In this document: positions 56,748 to 64,000 of the stretch, one piece after another
Position numbering within the stretch: position 1 is the first letter of the stretch
Layout: each line of letters starts with the position of its first letter
Assembly (NCBI GenBank): GCA_018304465.1
Contig: JAGVWC010000012.1
Location: forward strand, 64,001 to 128,000
Length of the DNA: 64,000 nt
Direction of reading: 5' to 3'
Source of the DNA: Candidatus Iainarchaeum sp.
GTDB lineage: Archaea > Iainarchaeota > Iainarchaeia > Iainarchaeales > JAGVWC01
Made by a program: the position numbers and the translations under genes
The notes under the pieces: generated by a model
The model's input: only the letters and a program-made list of their open reading frames with translations
Told to the model about the DNA's origin: nothing
The model's database searches: none

Positions 56748-57263
56748 ATGGTTTTGGAAATTTGGGTTTCAACGGTTTTGTTTTTGCTTCCGATTTACGT
56801 GGCGAACGCGTCGGCCATGGTTTTTGGCGGCGGCACGCCGTTGGATTTGGACAGCAAGTGGACGGATCAGCGCCCGATTCTCGGAAAAGGAAAAACCTTC
56901 AAGGGAACGTTTTTTGGAATCTTTTTCGGAACCATGACCGGTTTGCTTTTGTGGGCGATGTTTCCGGATCAGACCGCGCAAATGTATCCGAATTTCGTTT
57001 TGCTTGGTTTCGTGCTTTCTGTCGGAGCGGTGCTTGGGGATTTGATCAAAAGTTTTTTGAAGCGCCGCATGGGAAAACAAAGCGGCGAAGAATGGTTTCT
57101 GGGGGATCAACTGGATTTTATGATCGGCGCGATTATCGTCGGTTGGGTGTTTTTTGCGCCGTCCCCGGTACAGATTGTCGCCATGCTTGTGATTTCGGTG
57201 ATCGTTCACAAGATCGCGAACGTGATTGCCTTTAAAGCGCGCTTGAAAAGCGTTCCGTGGTAA
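56748..57263 (-). other. Antisense ORFs over carS judged non-coding (see rejected list)
   Basis: Overlaps the well-supported + strand carS gene. Confidence 0.1.
56748..57263 (+). CDS. carS: CDP-archaeol synthase
   Basis: PIYVAN, ILGKGKTFKG, GDLIKSFLKRR, DQLDF, K.VPW. Confidence 0.92.
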   Translation: MVLEIWVSTVLFLLPIYVANASAMVFGGGTPLDLDSKWTDQRPILGKGKTFKGTFFGIFFGTMTGLLLWAMFPDQTAQMYPNFVLLGFVLSVGAVLGDLIKSFLKRRMGKQSGEEWFLGDQLDFMIGAIIVGWVFFAPSPVQIVAMLVISVIVHKIANVIAFKARLKSVPW

Positions 57264-57265
57264 GC

Positions 57266-57754
57266 ATGGAGGAGCGATGGAAAAAAGCGGGCCGTTTTCT
57301 GGTGTTTTTTTTCGCGATTTTTTTCGGGTTGTCCGCTTTGATTTCGTGGATGGATCTAAGCGCGCTTGAAGGATATCTGGCGGCTTTTTCCGGAGGCGTA
57401 TTGGGTCTTCCGGTCAGTGGAAACATCGTGTCCGTGAATGGGTATCCGTTCGCAATCACCAACGAGTGCACGGGGCTCGTGAGTGCCGCGGTGCTTTGCG
57501 CGGTGGTGTTTTCGCTTCGAAAACCGGATTTCAAAACCAAGACCGTTTTGTTTTTGATCGGAGCCCTGGTTCTTTTTTTGCTGAATATTCCGCGGGTCAT
57601 GCTGGTGTTGTATTCTGCCCAGATCGCGGGGGCGGAAGCGGCGGAGGTCGTTCATGTCGCCACGTGGTTTTCGACTACGTTGTTGATTTTGGGATTGTGG
57701 ATTTGGACCACGCGGCTTGTTGGGAAAATCAGGGATTTTTCGGAACTATTGTAA
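57266..57754 (+). CDS. Archaeosortase/exosortase-family transpeptidase
   Basis: ITNECTGL catalytic Cys, LNIPRV Arg, downstream His; multiple TM helices. Confidence 0.85.
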   Translation: MEERWKKAGRFLVFFFAIFFGLSALISWMDLSALEGYLAAFSGGVLGLPVSGNIVSVNGYPFAITNECTGLVSAAVLCAVVFSLRKPDFKTKTVLFLIGALVLFLLNIPRVMLVLYSAQIAGAEAAEVVHVATWFSTTLLILGLWIWTTRLVGKIRDFSELL

Positions 57755-57765
57755 AAAAGATTGTT

Positions 57766-59403
57766 TTAGTTCTTTTTTCGCGAAAGCAGGTATTTGGCGA
57801 TTTCTCCGTACGCGGGTCGCGTCAAGAGTACTCCGACCAGGACTCCGACCACGGTGGTGATCGCGAATCCCACGAGTTTTCCGAGTCCGACGACTCCAAC
57901 AAGAATAATCGGTAGCATGGTGACCATTGACGTACTGGCCGCGGCGATTACGATGAAAAAAGCGCGTTTGACGCGTTCGGAATCGCTTGCGTGTTCTTCG
58001 TCGTCACTTTTCTTTAGGAGTTCGTCCGTAATCACGATTTGATCGTTGACGCCGGTTCCGATCGCGGCAATGATTCCGGCAACGTACGCCAAGTCGAGTT
58101 TCCAGCCGAGTGCCGCGGCAATTCCAAGCACCAAAAAGGCTTCAAACACCGCCGTGGCCATGATGGGCACGACCAGAATCATATGGCGGTATCGGATAAA
58201 AATAATCAAACCGATGATGAGTAAGGCTAGCACGCCCATCCAAACGGTATCGTTTAGGAATTCTTGTCCTAACAAGGGAGAGATGGTTTCGCGTGAAATG
58301 CTTTCGACCGGAATCGGCAAGGATCCGGATTCGAGTAACACCGTTAAGCTGTTGAGGTTGGCGAACGCTTCTTCTTCGTTTTGGCCGAATCCCCGGATCA
58401 CGAGTTGTGAATAAATGGTGGCGTCTTTTGGATCTTCGACATAGGGTTCTAGGTTCGTGACGTCGGGAGAAAGCGAAATGACTTGCTTGGCGCCGGTGGC
58501 ATTCCAGATAAACGGAGCATTGTTCGCCGCGGCGACTTCGCGTACTTGAAATCCAAGTCCGGCCAGCGTGGCTTTGGAGGCTTCGTCGATTTCTGCGGAA
58601 ACAACCGCAACGGAACCGGCAGGCACCCGGTTCAAATCGTTAATGGCGTTTTGGTCTTGGGCGAGACTTGAACCGGTGAACTGGATCACGTCCAATCCCG
58701 CGTTTTGCATGAGATCCCCGATTTCGGTTTGGGCCGGAATATCCAAAGTGACATTTCCGGCGTATAACAAATCGCGGTCGCGCAAGTAATCGTCGGTGGA
58801 TTCCACGATCACCGCGTTTTCTGGGCGATCGATGAAAAAGAAGGTTTTTTCACAGTCGTATTGGCGTCCTTGGCTTGCGTCCACGCCGATGATTTCGCAT
58901 TTGTGGAACGTTTTTTCGGTGAAACGCTTGGCGGCTTCGGGTTTTAGCATAAACGGCAAGGTCCACTGGGCGCTTGAATCGTTTTGCCGGTTGACTCCGA
59001 ATCCTTGCGCGGGATCTCGGGTAATCTGCACGAAATCGGAGCCCGTAAACAATACTTCGCCGTTTAAGGTGGCTTCGAATTTTCCTTGTTTTAACAAAAG
59101 CGATTCGAGTTTTTCAACGACGGCCGGATCGTTTTCCCCGATGTCGATGAGCAGTAAGTCGTTTCCGATGCTGGTCACGGTGGTGTCGCTTAATCCCGTC
59201 CAGTCCATTCGCTGTCCGATGATGGAGACGATCTGGTTCATTTGTTCGGGACCGCTCGTGGCTTTGGCGAGCTTGACCTGGAACGAAGTTCCGCCTTTGA
59301 AATCGATTCCGTATTGAAGACCGTTTAACGCGATGAAAAACGTGGCGATGAGCAGGCTCGCGATCAGGATCAGTACGCGCCAGTTGGTCCAAACCGAGTT
59401 CAT
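57766..59403 (-). CDS. secD: Protein translocase SecD
   Basis: GIDFKGG, LESGSLPI, IGTGVNDQIVITDE, TRPAY. Confidence 0.92.
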   Translation of the reverse strand: MNSVWTNWRVLILIASLLIATFFIALNGLQYGIDFKGGTSFQVKLAKATSGPEQMNQIVSIIGQRMDWTGLSDTTVTSIGNDLLLIDIGENDPAVVEKLESLLLKQGKFEATLNGEVLFTGSDFVQITRDPAQGFGVNRQNDSSAQWTLPFMLKPEAAKRFTEKTFHKCEIIGVDASQGRQYDCEKTFFFIDRPENAVIVESTDDYLRDRDLLYAGNVTLDIPAQTEIGDLMQNAGLDVIQFTGSSLAQDQNAINDLNRVPAGSVAVVSAEIDEASKATLAGLGFQVREVAAANNAPFIWNATGAKQVISLSPDVTNLEPYVEDPKDATIYSQLVIRGFGQNEEEAFANLNSLTVLLESGSLPIPVESISRETISPLLGQEFLNDTVWMGVLALLIIGLIIFIRYRHMILVVPIMATAVFEAFLVLGIAAALGWKLDLAYVAGIIAAIGTGVNDQIVITDELLKKSDDEEHASDSERVKRAFFIVIAAASTSMVTMLPIILVGVVGLGKLVGFAITTVVGVLVGVLLTRPAYGEIAKYLLSRKKN

Positions 59404-60467
59404 GCCGCCACCTTTTTGCGTTTCTTTGTTTCGGAATACCAAAGAACCATCGGAGCGCTAAACAGCCAGGTGACAATAATGTCCCCCACCAGTCCGCCAA
59501 ACAGGACTGCACCGATTTCGTAGACCACGGATATTCCCGTGAAAAAAGACAATCCCAACATGACCGAAACCGCGGCCAGCGCCGTTAGTGTCATGGTCAT
59601 TCCGGTTCCAAACGAATCCATGGCATGATCCAAATCATCGCCGCGTTTCTTTTTGAGGATCCGGGTTGAAAGCAAGATTTCTCCGTCGATCGAATATCCG
59701 ATGAGCATGAGCAGCGCCGGAATCGTGGCCAGTGATAACGGAATTTGCAGCAAGGCCATGAAAGCCAATCCGGCCAAAATGTCAAAGACGGCAGCGAATA
59801 CGATTCCAAGCGTCGGAACAAGTTCACGGAAAAAAAAGTAGATCACGATCAGAATCCCAACGACTCCAAGAAACGTGACGTAAAGCGCGTTGTTCCAAAA
59901 CACTTGGCCTAACGCGGCGCCGATTTGTCGTTTCTGGATCCGGGCGTTCGCGGGATCGATGTTCAAAAAAGAAAAGATGCTGTCCTGAAGGTTTTTGCTT
60001 AAGGTTTCGTCCGCGCGAATCAAGGTGTTCTGGGCTTCGGTAACGGCTGGTCCAGGTTCCATTCCGGACAGATCGGGAACCGATGAAAGGTATTTTGTCG
60101 TGTGCGAAACCGCGAGTTGCGCGTCGATTTTGGCTTGAACCGGATTGGCTGCGAGTTCCTGATTGGCGCGCAATAATGCGACGCGGGCTTCGCCTAACGC
60201 GGCCGAATCCGCGTATTGGACGCGTACGCCGAAACTGGTGGTCGTGATTTTCAAATCCAATAAATCGAATTGGTTTTCAAGATGGCTTTCAAGTCCGGGC
60301 CCGTCAACAGGAGACTCGGTTTGGATCATTAATAGGGTGCCGCCTTTGATGTCCAATCCTTGGGTTAAACCCGGTGAAACAAAAGCGAGGTAAACCAGAA
60401 CAAACGTGAGAATAAACGGAATTACGAGCAATAGCTTGTAATTTCCGGCGTAAAGATTAAATCCCAT
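59400..60467 (-). CDS. secF: Protein translocase SecF
   Basis: GLDIKGGT, LMLIGYSID..ILLSTR; ATGA-coupled to secD. Confidence 0.9.
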   Translation of the reverse strand: MGFNLYAGNYKLLLVIPFILTFVLVYLAFVSPGLTQGLDIKGGTLLMIQTESPVDGPGLESHLENQFDLLDLKITTTSFGVRVQYADSAALGEARVALLRANQELAANPVQAKIDAQLAVSHTTKYLSSVPDLSGMEPGPAVTEAQNTLIRADETLSKNLQDSIFSFLNIDPANARIQKRQIGAALGQVFWNNALYVTFLGVVGILIVIYFFFRELVPTLGIVFAAVFDILAGLAFMALLQIPLSLATIPALLMLIGYSIDGEILLSTRILKKKRGDDLDHAMDSFGTGMTMTLTALAAVSVMLGLSFFTGISVVYEIGAVLFGGLVGDIIVTWLFSAPMVLWYSETKKRKKVAA

Positions 60468-60579
60468 ATCAAAAACCAGAGGGTTGGTTAACTCAAGCAA
60501 TTCTATAAGGAATTCTTTAAAAACCTGTTCAAAACCCAAGGGATAGGGCCTTTAATAATCGCCGTAGCCTTGATTAGAT

Positions 60580-61569
60580 ATGCGATTTAAAATTCCTTAT
60601 ATTCAGACCAACCAGGAAATGCTGAACCTGGCGTTTAAACATGGGCGGCAAGCGGAACCTCAGATGGCCAAAAGAGTGCGCAAAAAAGAACGCTGGTCCA
60701 AAGAAATCGAGCGGTCCAAACTGGAAAGCATCGCCGACGAATTGGACGAAAAACTCTCCAAAGTCGTCAAGTCGTTTCCGTCGTTTGACCAGATGCCGTT
60801 TTTTTATCAGGACTTGATGGACGCCACGATTAACCTGGATTTGACCAAACAACGCTTGGGAAACCTAAAGCGCACCGCCAAAGTCGTTCAGAAATTGCGG
60901 CGCGAGTATTTGGGAAAAATTTTTCGGTCGCGAACCGACCGCCAGATCAAGGACTTGTCGCGATCGTTTTACGGCCGCGTATCCAGCGTGATGAAAAAAA
61001 TCGGTCCGGACTTGTTGGAACTTGAAAAAAACCGCAAAGAACTCGAGCGTTTGCCGGATTTGCGAATGGATTGTTTCACGGTGTTGCTTGCGGGTTTTCC
61101 AAACGTGGGAAAAACAACCGTGTTGTCGCGCTTGACGGGCTCGACTCCGAAAATCGCGGCGTATCCGTTCACCACGAAAGGATTGCGATTGGGTTTTTTT
61201 AACGAGAAATATTTCGATTTCCAAGTGATTGACACGCCTGGTTTATTGGATCGTTCCAAGCGAAATCCGATCGAGGAAAAAGCCGTGGCGGCGCTGCGTC
61301 GACTGGATTGCTTGGTGGTGTTCGTTGCGGATCCGTCGCTTGCCAGCGGTTTTTCGTTGGAACAGCAAGCGTCTCTTTTTTCGAATCTTAAAAAAGGGTT
61401 TTCGGACCGCAAATTTTTGGTGGTGTTAAACAAAGCGGATTTGTCTTCGCCCGAACAATTGGAGCAGGCGAAAACCGCGTTTCCGGACGCGATTATAAGT
61501 GATTCGCAAAAAGAAGAAGAACTCAAGAAAAAAATCGTGGATTTGCTGGTGAATTCGCGCAGAAACTAA
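60580..61569 (+). CDS. NOG1-family GTPase
   Basis: GFPNVGKT, AAYPFTTK, DTPGLLDR, NKAD. Confidence 0.92.
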   Translation: MRFKIPYIQTNQEMLNLAFKHGRQAEPQMAKRVRKKERWSKEIERSKLESIADELDEKLSKVVKSFPSFDQMPFFYQDLMDATINLDLTKQRLGNLKRTAKVVQKLRREYLGKIFRSRTDRQIKDLSRSFYGRVSSVMKKIGPDLLELEKNRKELERLPDLRMDCFTVLLAGFPNVGKTTVLSRLTGSTPKIAAYPFTTKGLRLGFFNEKYFDFQVIDTPGLLDRSKRNPIEEKAVAALRRLDCLVVFVADPSLASGFSLEQQASLFSNLKKGFSDRKFLVVLNKADLSSPEQLEQAKTAFPDAIISDSQKEEELKKKIVDLLVNSRRN

Positions 61570-61691
61570 CGGAAAGAAGGTTTTTGGCCGGTTTTTGGCC
61601 CGTGACGTTTTTAATTCCTTTTGCGGTAAGTATTTTCATTCCAAAAGTGGATGTTAATTGACTTTTCCGCATTTTGGACTAATTGGATGGG

Positions 61692-61976
61692 ATGCGTTTG
61701 AAGGCGGATGTAAAAAAGGATATCGCCGAGGTAAAAACGCTCATGGAAGGAATCGTCGGGGATTCCACGGTTCCGCGAAACATTCGTTCGGTGTTGTCGG
61801 ACGCGATTCATAAAATTTCATCGCAAGCCGAATCGGACGAAATCGGAGTCGCCATCGGAACCGCGATTTACCTGATGGAAGACATTTCAAGCGACATTAA
61901 CATGCCGTCGCACACGCGGACCGAAATCTGGACCATCATCAGCCAACTCGAATCCATCAAGGAAAAGCTCAAGTGA
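61692..61976 (+). CDS. UPF0147-family protein
   Basis: DSTVPRNIR, DINMPSHTRTEIW. Confidence 0.9.
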   Translation: MRLKADVKKDIAEVKTLMEGIVGDSTVPRNIRSVLSDAIHKISSQAESDEIGVAIGTAIYLMEDISSDINMPSHTRTEIWTIISQLESIKEKLK

Positions 61977-62012
61977 CATTCTTTTGGTAAAAACCAAACA
62001 GAGTGCCAAACA

Positions 62013-63548
62013 ATGACAGAAACGGTTATTCAAACCCAGGAAGAAAAGCGAAAAGCGCTGTTGGCTTACGGCAACGACCGCAACCTGATTATTGCTTCGC
62101 AGGCCCTCGAGTTGCTGGAAACGGTTTCGATTCCGGACGCCGTCAAGATTATGGAAGAGCTGTCCGAAAAAGGACTTTTTATCGTTAATCCGTCTGATAT
62201 CGAATCCAAATTGCTGCGCACCAAGCTTTCTTCGACGACGGATACCGTCGTGGTCAACAAAACGCGTTTTTCACCCAAAGCCAGGGAATACCCGTCCAAT
62301 TACCGCGAAATGAAACATTTGAATTATTCTTCGGATTCCTTGTGCGAAGGAACCTTGATGGATTTCGTGCACGTGTTCCAGCAAAAATTCGAAACCTTGT
62401 CCGGCGTGCTTCGGTTACGCCAGGGGTTTTCTCCAAAATCGATCGGTTTTGTTACCTCGAACGCCGCGACGCGCGAAGTTGAGTTCATCGGAATGGTGTT
62501 GGAAAAATGGGTGACCAAAAACGGTCATCTGGCGTTTCGGTTCGAAGACCTGGAAAACGATTGCATTGCCTTGGTGTTAAAAGGCGACGACCAGTTGCTT
62601 TCGATCGCCAACAAGATTTTGCCGGACGAAGTCTTGGGCGTGAAAGGAAAAAAAGGAAAAGGGGGGTTGGTCATCATCACGGAGCTGATGCAACCGGACC
62701 TGCCGCTGCGCAGCCCCAAATTGATTTCGGATCCGTTAAGCGTCGCGATTATTTCGGATTTGCACGTCGGAAGCAAGTTGTTTTTGGAAAAAGAACTGAA
62801 CCGGTTTTTCGATTTTTTGAAAGGAAAAGACCTGGACGCGTCTGACGCCCAAGTCGCGGGCCGCATCAAATACCTCGTGATCGCGGGCGACACCGTGGAC
62901 GGCATCGGAGTGTATCCGGGTCAAATCACCAAATTGTTGATCAAGGATCTGTACGCCCAATACGCGGCGCTCGAGGATATTTTACTGCAGATTCCCGAGT
63001 ACATCGAAGTCTTTTTGATTCCGGGCCAGCACGACGCCGTGCGATGGGCGGATCCCCAGCCCCCGGTGTCCAAGCAATACATGCCGCGTTTGCATCAATT
63101 GAAGAATTTTCATTTTTTGCCGTCCCCAGGATGGGTGGAAATCGAAGGACTGAAAACCCTACTGTATCACGGCGCGTCTTTGCACGAAATGTACAATTTT
63201 AACCAGTCCTTGACCATGACCAAACCCGAACTCGCGATGATCGAAGTGCTTAAACGCCGGAGTTTTCTCATGAACTTCGGGGACAAGCAGCCGTACGCGC
63301 CAGAAAAAAAAGATTTTTTGGTGATTGCCGAAGAACCTGATTTGTATTTTGGCGGGGATATGCACCACATCGGATACGACACGTATCGCGGCTGTACCGT
63401 GGTCAATTCCGCGTGTTTTCAGGAGCGAACCGAATACGAAGTCAAATTAGGTCACGTGCCGACGCCGGGAATCGTTCCGATCGTGGAACTGGATACGCGT
63501 ACGATTCGAACGCGAAATTTCATGGATGGCGAGGCGGTTTTGACATGA
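62013..63548 (+). CDS. polB: DNA polymerase D small (exonuclease) subunit DP1
   Basis: OB fold followed by SDLHVGS, GD.VDGIGVYPGQ, PGQHD, YHG. Confidence 0.93.
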   Translation: MTETVIQTQEEKRKALLAYGNDRNLIIASQALELLETVSIPDAVKIMEELSEKGLFIVNPSDIESKLLRTKLSSTTDTVVVNKTRFSPKAREYPSNYREMKHLNYSSDSLCEGTLMDFVHVFQQKFETLSGVLRLRQGFSPKSIGFVTSNAATREVEFIGMVLEKWVTKNGHLAFRFEDLENDCIALVLKGDDQLLSIANKILPDEVLGVKGKKGKGGLVIITELMQPDLPLRSPKLISDPLSVAIISDLHVGSKLFLEKELNRFFDFLKGKDLDASDAQVAGRIKYLVIAGDTVDGIGVYPGQITKLLIKDLYAQYAALEDILLQIPEYIEVFLIPGQHDAVRWADPQPPVSKQYMPRLHQLKNFHFLPSPGWVEIEGLKTLLYHGASLHEMYNFNQSLTMTKPELAMIEVLKRRSFLMNFGDKQPYAPEKKDFLVIAEEPDLYFGGDMHHIGYDTYRGCTVVNSACFQERTEYEVKLGHVPTPGIVPIVELDTRTIRTRNFMDGEAVLT

Positions 63549-64000
63549 CGGAAATCGAAAAACCGCACAAAGTGGAGATCATCGCCGAACCGCATGTCAA
63601 ACACTATTACGAGTTGCTCATGGCCAAAGCCAACAAGCAAGTGGAATTGGCCAAAAAAGCGCGGCAAAAAGGATTCGACATCGTCGCGGACATTGAAACC
63701 CATCCGGCATTGGACTTGGCGGACCGGTGCGAAAGCATCATCGGACCTCCCGGAATCGCGAAGCGGTACCGCGAATTATTCGCCGAAAAAAAAGAGCGGG
63801 TATCCGTTATTTTTCAGTTGTTTGAGGAAATCATCAACCAGAAATGGATTTCGATTCCCGACGAACAAAAACGCCTCGATCAGGCGATCCGGACCGGATT
63901 GGTGCTGATCACCGAAGGCGTGGTGGTCGCGCCGCTGGATGGTGTTCCGAAGATTTTGATTTCGACCAATCCGGACGGAAGCCGGTTTGTCGATATTTAT
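63545..64000 (+). CDS. polC: DNA polymerase D large subunit DP2, N-terminal part (runs off window)
   Basis: ARQKGFD, DLADRCE, AIRTGL..ITEGVVVAPLDG; ATGA overlap with DP1. Confidence 0.95.
   Translation, partial: MTEIEKPHKVEIIAEPHVKHYYELLMAKANKQVELAKKARQKGFDIVADIETHPALDLADRCESIIGPPGIAKRYRELFAEKKERVSVIFQLFEEIINQKWISIPDEQKRLDQAIRTGLVLITEGVVVAPLDGVPKILISTNPDGSRFVDIY

Noticed and set aside
1-64000. Alternative genetic code
   Set aside because: Conserved genes end normally at TAA, TGA and TAG, with no in-frame stops apart from the rps5 lesion

Overview
Core-genome segment of an archaeon, most likely a DPANN lineage such as Iainarchaeota/Diapherotrites (inferred from gene content, Lys-rich extensions and reduced gene clusters; no marker search was run). 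In order it holds: the end of EF-1alpha and uS10; a HerA-like ATPase; a kinase-like/dCMP deaminase fusion; an archease-RtcB locus with a 500-aa LAGLIDADG intein and very basic orphan ORFs; a ferredoxin; a probable transposase remnant; a large Cys-flanked Ig-repeat surface protein; the uL3-to-uS2 ribosomal/RNAP superoperon with an intron-containing tRNA-Leu(TAA); a TrmB regulator; GluRS; the eL8-eS28-eL24-ndk-dut-aIF5B-eS6-aIF2g-rpoE cluster; kae1; a protease/chaperone block (grpE-dnaK-dnaJ, two BofA-like genes); bud32; uS15 and eS1; an sppA-carS-archaeosortase-secDF cluster; and PolD DP1 plus the start of DP2. The strongest oddities are a structured in-frame 63-nt insertion in gltX whose removal at BHB-like positions gives a normal-looking junction, a five-hairpin leader before rpl3, a deletion/frameshift in uS5, two unannotated coupled micro-ORFs between grpE and dnaK, and altered catalytic or Zn-binding motifs in DP1, aIF2-gamma and Kae1. 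No CRISPR array or rRNA was seen.
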